From Nageia nagi (lineage: Eukaryota; Plantae; Pinophyta): a stretch of 64,000 nt of DNA. This document shows positions 1 through 12,774 of the stretch, in pieces. Position 1 is the first letter of the stretch; the number at the start of each line of letters is the position of its first letter. The DNA lies in assembly GCA_050084985.1 (NCBI GenBank), contig JBITNC010000001.1, positions 121,768,001-121,832,000 on the forward strand, read 5' to 3'. Made by a program: the position numbers and the translations under genes. Under the pieces are notes generated by a model, which was not told where the DNA came from, made no database searches, and saw nothing but the letters and a program-made list of their open reading frames with translations.

Positions 1-460
1 TTGTTTGTCTAATCATTGCTAGTATGGACTTCCATGTTCTTTCAAATCTGATATTGAAATCATCAGTAGATTCATGAGAATGTCTTTTGATACATGCTAT
101 GAGGTTAAGGAACATGCTATCATTGCCATCTACAAAAAATATTTTAACGAAAGCCTAACACAACTCTCCCCATGAATTTATAGATTGAAGGGTAAGAGTT
201 TTGAACCACTTAGCTACTTTGCCTTCAAAAGAATATGATAGTAGCCTAGTCATCATAGTTTTATTAGTAATATCAAAGCTTGAATCCAATAAAGATACAT
301 ATTGACAATGCTCATACAACATCTTTTTAGAGCCATCATACTTAGGTAAAAATTTAAGAGCTACTTGAGGTATAGGTAGTGAACTAGTAGCTACAACCAA
401 AGGATGACTATTATTTTAGGTAGGAAAATCTACTGGTTGAGCCATACTTGGAGAATGTAT
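1..460 (-). pseudogene. gag: Ty3/gypsy (Tat-like) gag fragment
   Basis: ORF 155-400(-) reads LPKYDGS...TRLLSYSFEGKVAKWFKTLTLQSINSWGELC, matching the Retrotrans_gag pattern (F..SL.G.A..WF..L...SI.SW..L). It lies downstream of a PBS on the same strand. Confidence 0.8.
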
Positions 461-780
461 AGGAGATAGGATTTTTTATACAACTGACAAAGGGGTTACC
501 TTTAAAGGGACCAAAAGAGATATAAGTTGGGAAATATTTCATCCAATCCTCTTATGAGAAATTAATAGCTCTTGAAACCTAGGTTGTCTAAGGGAATTTT
601 TGGTAGTACTTCTAGTTAGTCTACATTTTGGAGGTGCTAGGGTTTAAAACATTGATTGGTTGATAGTAGAGTCACCAATAAGGTTACAAGAACCTTGTAA
701 TATTGAAGGATTCAATTGATAGCCCACCAAATGAGAGTATTAAGCCTAATAATTCCCATAAAATATAAAATTTAGCTTGT

Positions 781-798
781 GTCCCATTGAGCATGCCA
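781..798 (-). promoter_or_regulatory. Primer-binding site, tRNA-Arg type
   Basis: Plus strand GTCCCATTGAGCATGCCA matches the tRNA-Arg 3' end GTCCCACTGGGCGTGCCA (recalled) with 3 transitions. This PBS is typical of Tat/Retand elements. Confidence 0.65.
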
Positions 799-802
799 AA
801 AA

Positions 803-2694
803 TAGAATTGGCTAATATTGATCTATATAGCATAACCTTAAGGGTTTGGTTTAGTTATGTTCTCTATTTCCCACAATGGTACATTCCTTGAAAGAGAAAA
901 AAGTGGTGGGGATGTGCTCATGTTGATTTTTTGCATAATCTTAAATTTATAGACCCATTCCTATCTATATTCAAGGTCCAAAGTAATAAGAAAGGAATAA
1001 AAAGATAGAGTTATAGGAAAGAGATAAATAAATAAAATAACTAAAACAAGAAATTTAAAACCAAAGCATTGTAGCACAGGAAACAATCCATATGCAAGAT
1101 TAAGAATAGAAAATTATCTAGCACTTGGGATCTTGCAATCATAATACGTAGCCACAATTTGAAGAAAATATTTCACATATAACATTCATAAAAGCAATAT
1201 CAACCACTTTGTTGCAAGAGGGCAAAAGCATTGTCTATTTGTATTATCATATGTGAATAGCTCTTATAGATTTGGGCAAATTTGCTAAAATGTCTGACCT
1301 TTTTTATTTCTAAAAGCTAGCTATTTATACAACTTGCCCCCCTCCTTGGGTGGTTGGGTTTCATTAATATACATAACTACTAGCATTGATGAAATAACTA
1401 AAATAACGCTATTTACATAAATGCTACAGTTGTGCTAGAGTACACAGTGAATAAAATCAACATAACTATCTAGGAATTTGTAACTTCTAAACAACCATGT
1501 CCATAGAGCTGCAATCCTTCTAACATATAATTGACTACTCCTTTTTTGGTCCTATAGCTAATTGAAGATAGCACTATATCTGATTAAGTAATTATTTGAT
1601 TGCACATTGATTGGTATGATTTGATATTATGCTCTATTAGCTACTATTTGCTTCTCTGCAATCTTTATAATCTCTACTATAGATGTTAGTAATAAGAGTA
1701 ATGGTGGTTGATAGATATTATGTTCACTTGGTTCAAGAAGAACTACCAATATTATGTGAAATGAGTCAATGTCAAAACATTAACAAGGTGTTGGGGGTTA
1801 AACACTAAATATGAAGTGGACTTGGGTGTTCCTTCTTATGCATTACTATTACACTTGCTTAGTAGGCTCTATGTTCTTCTTTCAAGCTCTATCGATGATT
1901 TGGTTCTTTTGAGACCCATTAATTTTAGCTAAAAATCATGATGTCATCTCTTAGAATCAATTGACACTATTGATATTTGGGCTCCTTCGAGAATTGCTAA
2001 TTTTCACCAACAAATGTGACATCATCTCTTAGAATTGGTGAGCTCTATTGATGTTCTGATTCTACTTGGACCTGCTAATTTTGAACAAAAAATTTAACAT
2101 CATCACTTAGAATTAGCAAGCTTTATTGATATTTTGGCTCCTCCAAGACCCATTGATTTTGATTAAAAAATGTGATGTCATCACTCAAAATCAGTAGGCT
2201 CTATTAATTTCTTAAAAAATTTGGCTCTAAATTTGTGCAAGTCTTGGACACTTGTGTCAATAATTTTCAAAGATCCTAAGGCAATAAATACAATTCCTAT
2301 ATATTCTTATATACATGACTCTTGGGTATTTCTTTTTTATAATTCTTCTAGGTACTTTGAAGAAGATGACATAACTTTCAAGTTCTCTTAACTCTTGGGC
2401 ACTAAAGAATAAAGAATGACATAACTCCTATTGATATAACTCTGGTATTCTTATTCACATAATTATTGGGTACTAAGAAAACAATATGAATTCTAGGTAC
2501 TATTATATACATGAATCTTGACACTCTAAGGGGAAGTGGAAAGTGTATGGTGTAGGCTTTTTCTATTCTATTTCAATTTGATCGAGATAAACATGGTCTA
2601 AGGTATCATGGACCTCAACTTAAATATCTAGAAGAATAGTTTGCCAACCTTCATATTCTAATAGATAAGGTGGAACATGATGATGAACATGACA
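803..2694 (-). mobile_element. Putative 5' LTR (~1.9 kb) of the minus-strand Tat-like element, inserted into the PR-RT linker of the plus-strand element
   Basis: Starts next to the PBS and ends at ...ACATGACA (2694), where plus-strand pol-like sequence begins abruptly. The partner LTR is outside the window. Confidence 0.45.
1887..2210. repeat. ~78-bp degenerate tandem repeat, ~4 copies, inside the putative LTR
   Basis: Recurring GCTCTATTGAT...GATGTCATCTCTTAGAAT units at ~1887, 1965, 2042, 2119 and 2199. Confidence 0.75.
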
Positions 2695-5600
2695 TTCAAT
2701 TATGTTTTGGTCCATTTAATCCTCATACTTCTAAGTGTTCCATTACCCAACAATTTCTTCCATGAATCTTCATGTGATTTTGCCTTTGATGTTTTGATGG
2801 TTTATCACCTTTTGTAACTCTTTTAGATTGTGAATTATACAATTCTATCAATCCTTTGTCCATGGATCTCTCTTCATCTTTATCAAATATATCTTCTAGT
2901 TTACATGATAACTCTTTTACTTTTGATTGCTTTGATGAAGCTGACTTGTCTAACTTGGCTTCTTTCATTAATAGTTTAGATGAAGATGATTTGTCATACA
3001 TCCCCATTTTAAAGTAGTTAGAGGATGGGTCCTACATGCACATAAAAAAATCAATCAAATTCAATATCAACAATGATCTTATGAAACCTAAGATAGTCTA
3101 CTTGGGGGATATCTTAAATCAATAAGAGAGAGAAAAAACTATAGATTTACTAAAGAAGTATGTTGAGGTTTTTGCTTATAGATATAAGGATATGCTAGGC
3201 ATGGATCCTAATTGTCATATTCCACAACATTGTTACACTACTAGATGCTAAACCTATTAAGTAAAAACCTAGAAGGATTGATCCAATAAAGTCAATTCAA
3301 ATCAAGGAGGAAATTTAAAAATTGTTAGATGCCAAGTTTATCCATTCTATTGACTATCCTAAATGTGTCTCTAACCTAGTCCCTATTAGAAAAGTTGATG
3401 CTCACCTTAGAGTTTGTACAAACTTTAGGGATCTTAATGCAGTTTATTTAAAAGATGACTTTCCACTACCCAACATAGACACACTAGTTGATATATGAAA
3501 GTTATGAGATGTTATCCCTCATGGATAGCTTCTTGGGCTATAATTACATTTGTGTTTCTCTAGATGATTAGCATAAGATGATTTCACAACTCCTTGGGGA
3601 ACTTACTACTATAAATTCATGCCTTCTAGACTCAAAAATGTTGATGCCACCTATTAGACAACCATGATCTATGTTTTCCATGACATGATCCATGACATAA
3701 AATAGGATAATATGGATGAATTATTAGCTAAGTATAGAATAAGAGATCAATATTGGGATGTATTAAAGAAGGTATTTTAAAGGTTACATAAGCATAATAT
3801 CAAATTGAATATTAAAAATGTGTATTTAGCATCACATCAGGCACATTACTAAGGTTCATTATTTCAAAACAAGGTATATAAGTCGAGCCTAAGAAATTTA
3901 TAGCTATCACTAGTATGCTTCCACCACATGAATCAAGACCTTAAGGAGTCCCCAAGTTAAAATTTATGTTATCAGATGATTTATAGCTTAGCTATCTAAT
4001 AAGTATCATCTATTTAATACACTTCTTAAGAAGGGGGTAAAATTTGATTGGAATTAAGATTATCAAAAGGATTGCAATGACATCAAACAATATTTACTTC
4101 ATCCACTAGTTCTCATTCCACCCAAAGATGATATCCCCTTTCACTTATAACTTTTAGCCACTAATTTTGCTTTAGGATTCATGCTTGTGAAAAAAATGAT
4201 CAGGAAAAAGAGAAAGCCATATATTATCTTAGCCACACACTTGTTGATTATGAGCTTAAGTATGTATACATTGATAAGGTTTTTCTTATGCTATATTTTT
4301 TGTTAAGAAGTTGAGGCATTACATGTTGAATCATACCACCTATGTCATTTCTAAGGTTGATTCCTTGAAGTACATGATGAGCAAAACATATCATAATGCA
4401 TGGAATACTAAATGGATTATGTTCTCGTCTGAGTTTGACCTCATCTTCATTAGTTAAAGGTCAATTAAAGGTTAAATCATATCTAATCAGCTAGCAAAGG
4501 CTCCTATCCAAGCAAATATTCCTCTTGAGATCACTCTTCCTAACTCGGATGTTTTTAAAGTAGATGAAATTGAAGAAACAATCAACATTCAGGAAGACTA
4601 TGACATGACTATGTACTTTGATGGCTCAATGTGTGAATAAGGGGGAGGGGATATAGTTGTCTTCTTTACTCCTCAGGGTGTCCTCACCCCATATTATTTC
4701 AAGTTAGACTTCCCATGCATAAATAATAATATAGAGTATGAGGCACTTATCTTGGATCTTAAAGTAGCTTTAGAGCTTAAAATTGAAATTTTTTTATATA
4801 TGATAATTCTTAGTTGGTAGTCAATCAAATCTTAGGCATTTACCAATGTAATAATGAGCTTTTGAAGAATTACAAAGATTTGGCATTGAAGTTATGAAAG
4901 CTATTCAAAGTCTATAAGATTGAAGCTACCCTAAGGTCATCTAATCAGTTTGTATATACCATGACATCCTTAGGATCACTTATCACTTCTAATACTCATA
5001 AGCGTATTCATCATGTCAAAAATGTTACTTTGAAAGAGTCTTCACTAAAGTCACCTTTGCTCCATGATTCAACTTTAGTTTTAGTCAATGAGATCAATGT
5101 AGAGCATCATGACTTGTGGTATAAGCAGTTGCATGAATATCTTAAGTGAATAAAACACATCCCAATTTATCATCAAATGAAAGGGGGAAATTCAAGCAAA
5201 AAGCATATCGATTTGCCATACTAGGAGATGTGGTCTATATCTTGATTTGGTGTTTAGAGCTTTGTGATCAACAATTTGATATTTAGAATTATCATGATGG
5301 TATCTATGGTGAACATTTCAATGAAATAGCCATTTCCAAATGCATTCTTAGGATGGGACACCATTGGTTGAATTTGGAAAAGGATTGTTAAGATTACATC
5401 AAAAAATGTGTTAAGTGTCAACAACATTCTCATTTATAGTATATTCATGCTCAAGCACTTAATCCCATTCAATATCTATGGCCATTTTCTCAATGAGGTT
5501 TTGATCTCATAGGTTAGTTTGTGCCTCCATCTTCAGGTAGACATAGGTTTATAATCACCATGATAGAATACTTTACTAAGTGGGTTAAAGCAAAACCACT

Positions 5601-6356
5601 TATGTCTACAACTAGTAACAAGATTTCTAACTTTATTCATACTCACATCATTTTTTACTTTGGCATCGCACACAAAATCATATCAAATAATGGGAATCCA
5701 TTAAAAAATTAGCATGTTAAAGCATTATGTAATGGTTACAATATCCAACATTCTTTATTCACACCATACTACCCTTAGGGTAATGACCAAGCCAAAGCAT
5801 CTAACAAAACCATTTCCATAATTTTAAAGAAGATGGTCATCAAAAACCATAGGAATTAGCATGAATATCTTCCTTATGCTTTGTGGGCTTATCACACCAA
5901 CATCAGAATGCCCATGGGGAATACTCCTTACTCCTTAGTCTATGGACCTAAAGATTTCATGCCCCTTGAGCTAGAAATCTCATCTCTCAAAGTTCAGTTA
6001 CAAGGTCTCATTCTAGATGAAGAAGCTCAATAAGCCCATCTAGACTAGTTAAGTCTCCTTAATGAATGATAATTCAATGCCATACAACATCATAAGATTT
6101 ATCAAGAGCAATTGAAGAAGATATATGAAAAAATGGTCCAACCTAGAGAATTCAAAGTTGGAGACTTGGTATTTAAGGAGAATCAATAGTAGTCACATCT
6201 TGAAAGGCCTCTACGAGATGGGTTCATGCCAAACTAGGTAGGACCTTACATAGTCAAGAAGAAATTCAACATAGGTGCTTATCATTTGGTAGACCAAGAA
6301 GGTCATGGAGAAATCAAGCCCATTAACATCTTCCATCTTCATCCATTCTACATTTA
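2695..6356 (+). pseudogene. pol: Tat-lineage Ty3/gypsy pol (linker, RT, RNase H, archaeal-type RNase H, integrase), many stops and frameshifts
   Basis: Motifs in order: FAYRYKDMLGMDP (~3110); KDDFPLPNID (~3450); decayed catalytic DNMDELL (~3706); RH region 4130-4500; aRH YFDGS (~4615) and NNNIEYEAL (~4722); INT EYFTKWV (~5565), TPYYP.GN.QA (~5761), YALWAY; GPY end ...HPFYI* at 6356. Confidence 0.92.
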
Positions 6357-8734
6357 GCTTACTTTTCCTTGTTTGTATTTATTTATCATCATGTATTTTA
6401 GGATTTGGTTTATTAGCTTAGTTTGGTTATGTTTGCATAATATATTCTCATCTTGGCTTTGTTTTTCATAGCATATCATCTTGATCTAAACACTTATTTA
6501 TCTACCCTAAGTATTGGGGGATTGCTTATGTGTAGCCATTTCCTTGAGTTTAGCTATTTGTATCATACCTTTAATCTCATCACCTTATTATCTTTGTGAT
6601 CATATCATTGGGAGTTGATACTTAGTTAGTTATACCTTTTCAATGTCATCCTACTTTTTTGGGTGCACAGAGGCCACCAATCACTCATCTCCTCATCATG
6701 TGTTAGTACTTGTATCATCATGTCATTTCTATCATTTTTTCATCATCTTGCACTTATCATTTTGTTGCTTTGCTCTTACTCCTCATCAAAGTTGGTGTTG
6801 TTGGAAATTATCTTTGGTCCATGATGATGCAAGAGCAATCCTCCTAGACATGCATGGAAGTCAACCCCAAACCAAACTAAACCAAATAAAAATAATTTAT
6901 TTAAGTCAGTTCCTTGGCTTTTTTTTATATGTATCTTATGTTATTCTCTTTCTTTATCACATTTGTGATGTCAACTTGCTTTGTCTTCTATATATACAAT
7001 GACCTTTTCCTTGACATTTTCACTTGTCCCTTTATGTCACTTATCACCATACATGATTTACAAACTCTAGATGAGGATGCAACCACTTGGGTCTTAGTTC
7101 CAATATCAAGCTTTACAAAAATCATTTTCATCAGATTGATCATAGACTACAGACTATCATGGTTGCTTAAGGAAATACCATGTGAAATTATTATGATTAG
7201 TGATATCGATGGATTTATGTCAATTCATGGATACAAGCTTTTCCTTGGTTTTTTTATGTCATTGTTCATCTCTTTTATATTCATTTTGATAGCATGTTCA
7301 TGATTGTTTATGCTTTCATAGTATTTTATTCATTTTTATCATATTTCATCATCAGTCATTTTTATCAAAATTTAATTTCATTTGTCCTTCATAACCCAAT
7401 ATAATGATGATGATTTTTGTTCACTTCATTTTAATATGAGTATCATGAAGAAGTCAGTTTCATCTATTTTTGTTCACATCTCACTTATTTATTTTTAGCT
7501 CAAAGTAGTCCCTTCATGCTTATGTGCATTGTCACCTTAGCATATCAACCTGTGCCACATTGTTATCCTAGTTTGCAATAGTTCATATTTTATCTCATTA
7601 GCCTTATCATGTCATGTTGTGTCATTCTGATTCATTTTGCAACCATTTCATCATTCATTTGGATTTAGGAATGAGGTCCTAAAATTTGCCCCTTGTGAAA
7701 ATTGCCTATTTGATTTTTCATTTTGATACATCAAACCATGTTCATTTTCAAAATCATCTTTTTCTACTCCTCTACCAATGTAAACGTGGTCAAGATGTCA
7801 AATATCATAGCCTACTTTCATTGTTTGATCACCTTTTGTTAGTCATGTAACTATCCACTTTCAGTATATCATATCATAAAGATAGTTCATCAAATCGAAT
7901 TTCACAAATTTTCACTATTTCAAAAGCTTCATTTTTGCTTTATTTTAGTTTTGGCTCAACTTGATTACATTTTAGCAATGTCATGGCTATGTTTACCATT
8001 GTGTTGGTTGTGATCAATGTCAATTAGGTATATCATGGGAGTCTTTTCAACTCACTTTTCTCTCATTTTAGATGCCATTGTAGAGCAATTTTGGTAGTAT
8101 TTCGATAGCATTTTGGCTTATTTTTCTTGATTTGTGTATTTTTTGAGTTGTTTATTGTGTCATTTTATGTCATTTTACATCATGATAGTGTTCATTTTAC
8201 ATATTTTTAGGCCTTTCTTGGTGATTGTAAATTTGTATTATTTATTATCATTTTGAGTTTTTGTTTATTATCTTAAATTTGTTTATTATTCATATTATGT
8301 GATTGTTTGTTTATGATCATTATTGTGTTTGTGATTGTATTTATTCTTTTGTGTGGTTAGGCATACAAGTTCATTACCATGTCATGTGGTTATGCATGCA
8401 AGTCCATTTTAACTTTTAGGTTCATTTTAAATGTTCCTTTAAGTTCATTTTAAGATCATCTTTAAGTCATGTGTGGTTCATTTTAAAGTTCATTTTATAC
8501 ATATTTAGGTCCACATTGTATCATATACATTCATATTATCATTTGCATTCATCACATTAAAACAAAAATAAACATATAAGCATTCATTGATAATATCAAG
8601 TATACACATATATATCAAAACAAAAGTCATCATATATCATATATATCATAATGTTATTCCTACATAGTCCATGTCATAAAATGTACATATGTCAAAATGT
8701 ATATATACAATAGAGTCATCTCATGCATATACAT

Positions 8735-11140
8735 CATGGTCCTTCATGCACTCTAGCACCAAAATGACATAGTCAATTCTATAAAAATCCACACCTTTAT
8801 GGTGTGGGATCCTCCTACTTTTGTCACTATCTAGAGGGAGTGCTAGTCTCCACCTATCGCTCTATCTAATCCCTATAAGGTTGCTTCACTTTGTTCCATT
8901 AAGCATGGTGATTTGAACAACCTTCCAATCACTTAAGAGATGGCTTGCCTGATGATACATCTAATACCTTTCCTTGTCTCCATCCCTATCTCTCCCCCTA
9001 TAGCTACTCCTATCCCATCTATAACTACTTGTGGCGGTGCTAGCTATCTCACAATGTGTCCCTCAATGCAAGGACTCCTTGCCACACTTTGAGACATAAT
9101 CCTAGCAAAAGACAACATCCTTCATGTCTCTAGGTTTATAGGTGCTAATTCTACTTGTAGTAGCTATCACTACCATACCAATGCTTTAATGGTGGCCTAG
9201 TCCACCTTGTCCATGGCTCAATTGAGCTACCTAGTCATGCTACCTTATGTTTTTAGAGGTCTCATCTCTACCCTTGAATCTTATGGGTCTGTTGGAGTAC
9301 TATGTCAATGAGTATCTATCCCTAGCCCTATTAATAGGGCATCTATTTGGGTGCTCACCTATACACCTAGGCCCACTCCCCTCTTAGCCTTTGCTCTCAA
9401 TGCATCCTAATCCTAAGATACCATAATAAAACCAAGTAAAAGTGGCTACATGTTACCCTAAATAATCTCACCCATCCATTTATGGTTGCCCTCATCATTT
9501 GATCAACCTCTATCTGGATCTGTAGGATGTTAGCTAGCCCCACTACTATTACCCATGTTACCTCTATTGTGGCCTATGCTACCACTACTATAATCCTCAC
9601 TTATTGCTCTATAGCTAGTTGTGCCTACAACTCCTTAACTTGGGACTACATCATGTCCCTCACTATCTATAGCTAAGTCATCTAAGGGTCAAGCTCTTGC
9701 ATCTAAACTTGAGGAGTCCTTAGCCTCTCCCTCTCCTCCTAAGTTGGATGCTTTGGGACATCAAAATCCATCTAATCTATTTTTTGCTACTATTCATCTC
9801 TATTAGCATCATCCTCACCCTCATATTCCTCATCTTCCTCACCATAAGTTTCATCCTCACCCTCTACCTCCTTAGTTGCCTACTTGACCACCCCTCCTCT
9901 ACTACCTCATCCCCTAGGTTGAATTATCCCTTTAGGACCTAAGTGTCCACTATTAGTGCTCCCCTCTACCTATTAATAATGAGCCATGTAGGAAGTTTAT
10001 CTCTTTGTGGTGCCCACCATGTATCATATCTAGGCATGGTGCCTGCACTATTTATCATAACTTTGAAAAAAGGCATGTGTTGTATCACATCAAGCTCTAC
10101 ATAAACTAGTCTCAACCTTGTTGGGGCATTCGTATTGATCTATCTGTATAGTGTTAAGGATGGTGGCATTTCTTGAATTAGCTATTGCTAGTGTTGGACC
10201 CTTTCAAAAGGAAAAATCTCCATGTCCCTAACATGGCAGTCTCTAATGTGCCTCATCTTATAGGCATGAGCTAGCTGGATTGCATTCTTGGCCCAAGATG
10301 GTCCTCTTTGGTATGGTTGGTAGATGATATCTTAGAGCTATACCCCCACTAACATCCCTCTATACTAATATATGTCATGCTTATGAGATTATCTCCTCAA
10401 TCTCTCCTAGTCATACTCTCAATGGTGGGTATATGGTAACTCTATCCTAACCATTGGGGGCATATCCCCCATCATCTCTATTCTATGTGTGATGACTTAT
10501 AGTTTATTTGGCCTACTAGGTTGAATGTGCTCCCATGCCCATATCTATAGTAGGAGTGAGGTGTTCATACCTTATCATCCTTTAGTTGCTACAACCAGCT
10601 ACCTATATGTTTGGGCTAGCAATGCTAACCCCCAATCAAAGATTATGCTATACCACACCATCCTCATTATAATCTTGAACATATTACATGGGAACCTAGG
10701 TCCTAAGGAATCTAGAAAAATAAAGGATGAGATCAAAAGCATAGCCATAATCACCCTCCATCCAAGGTGATCCTCCTGGTACAATAGCTCTATGGGTACC
10801 CTACCATTAGTGAGGTCCTATTTGGTACCTCTTGTTGATGTATGGTTTGATCACCACCTTGTTAGTGGATATAGTCACCTCCTTTCCCTTAAGAGTCACC
10901 CTAAATATCCTATAGATATCCTTTAGAATCACTATCATCTCCCTCATTAGAAGAAGGAATTTCCTTCTATTTGGGTCAAAGCACTCCCTAAGCACCATCA
11001 TGTAGGATATATCCCCCTTAATGGGGAGAATATTGGTGGCCCCTATGAGCCCCAAAACCTCTAGGTAGGCCTAGTCTATTGGTGTTAATGCAGATTTAAC
11101 CTCTTGCTATAGCGATCAAAATTTGTGCTTGAATTTTATG
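8735..11140 (-). pseudogene. Antisense extra ORF of the Tat element: plant mobile domain (PMD, aminotransferase-like) followed by acidic and coiled-coil-like C-terminal region, decayed
   Basis: ORFs 10807-11055(-) LRECFDPNRRKFLLLMREMIVILKDIYRIFRVTLKG and 10599-10784(-) FDWGLALLAQTYR match PMD motifs (L.E.W......F.L..GE.T.TL.DV..I.G.P..G; WG...LA..YR.L). Downstream, EVEGEDETYGEEDEEYEGEDD at ~9800-9870. Confidence 0.75.
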
Positions 11141-12357
11141 TGGCACAAATTTTGGTGTGTTAGTCTTTATTAGTTAGTTTTTCAAGTCTATGTAAAAGTT
11201 AATGGTATCTAAGTCTATGTTAGTCCTATGTAAGTCCTAAGATATCCTATTGAATTTTTATCTAAGTCTACATCTTGTATTTTTTATCAATTTTCTATCA
11301 GTCAAAATCATTCTTCTTAGTGATGACTAGATTAAATGAATCATACAAGTCATGAATGATCTACTAGTCATTCTAAGGACTATCCAAATCATATTTCACT
11401 TGAATGAACCCTAAATCAAATCATTTGGTTGAAGAACAATTTTTGAAACTAAAATAAATAAATAAAATCATCATGTTAAGTATTGAGTCATTTGAATGAT
11501 TGCCAAATTATTCTTCACTCAAATGACCACTAAATTGGATCATTTGGTTGAAGGATGATGTGAAAAAAATAGCCTTAGTGGTAATAAAAATTAAATTGTT
11601 TTTAACCCTAACAACATTGTCCTAGCTAACCTAAATAAAACCTAGTCCAAAACATCTAATAAACAAAACAAATGATCAAGATAAAATAAAAACACATAAT
11701 CAAAGAAAAATGCTAAGGGTTTACGATGAACTACCTTTTTGGGTGCTAGATTCTCCTCTTCACATGATGGATCTCTACCTAGTGGATCTCCCAATGGACT
11801 CAAAATAGCAATGTGTCATACAACATTTGGTTAGTCTACTCCTTTGGTCTCTTGGTCTCTAGCATAAGTTACCAAGTCACTATTGCTTAATGCTTAGTCA
11901 AAAAGCTCAAGGAAAGTTGTCAAATGAATAGTAGCAAGTAGCATTTTATGGTTCAAATGACTAATAGGTCATTTAAATAGTTTATGGGTCATTTGAATGA
12001 TTTTTAGGTCATTTAAATGATTTTATTAACCTAGTCATTCAAATAATTGTGTCAATCTATATCACACTTTATAAACCTTCAATCATTATTATCATTTCTT
12101 GCTTCGTTCAATCAAACAGTCAAGCATGTTGTTTGACCATCCACCACACCTTCCCATTTGAGGGAGAGAGTTTCACACACATTTAAAATTGATTAAATTT
12201 TTATTTTTTTACCAAGCAATCATTTATTTTATTAGAGACATGTTGGATGCATGCTCAATTCTTTTTACATCATGAATGTTCACTAGATGATCTTGGTTCA
12301 ATATGGTGGATTGGCAATAAACATATTTTGACATCATCATGTTTAATATTTTTCATT

Positions 12358-12768
12358 TGTTATGATCCTACAAATATGAAAAGGTAAATATTGTAGAAAT
12401 GTAATGAATATCGATCTGAAATAGGAAAATGAAAACTAATCTAGTGGAAATAATAGAGCATGCACTAATAAATAAAACATGAAATAGCAACAATAAGCAG
12501 ATAAGGATAGGATTTTATTGAATAGTAATAGAATCATAGGCCGATTTGAGGGGGATACCTCCTTACAAATCCAAAAGTGAAAAATAATGTTCAAGATTCC
12601 TTTCTCACACACTTCTACCTATTTATAATGTACCAACCCTAACCCTAATAGTAGTGTAAAATTAGGCCCCACCCTTACAATCACAATATTATGGTTTACA
12701 ATATAGGCTAACAATTTTATTAAAATACTAATAATAACACTAAAATGTTAGGATGTGGGATGCTAACA
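12358..12768 (-). repeat. 3' LTR of Reina-like element
   Basis: TG...CA termini; direct repeat of 16675-17084. Confidence 0.93.
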
Positions 12769-12774
12769 TTCCAC

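Noticed and set aside
2723-3007. 94-aa Lys/Ser-rich minus-strand ORF
   Set aside because: Antisense shadow of the acidic plus-strand PR-RT linker (..FDCFDEADLSNLASFINSLDEDDL..) of the Tat pol.
6643-7303. Hydrophobic plus-strand ORFs as an env-like membrane protein
   Set aside because: Composition reflects T-rich DNA; no conserved motifs; overlapping short frames.
12635-12648. Telomeric repeat (AACCCT)2
   Set aside because: Only two units, present in both LTRs; a common telo-box-like LTR motif, not an interstitial telomere.
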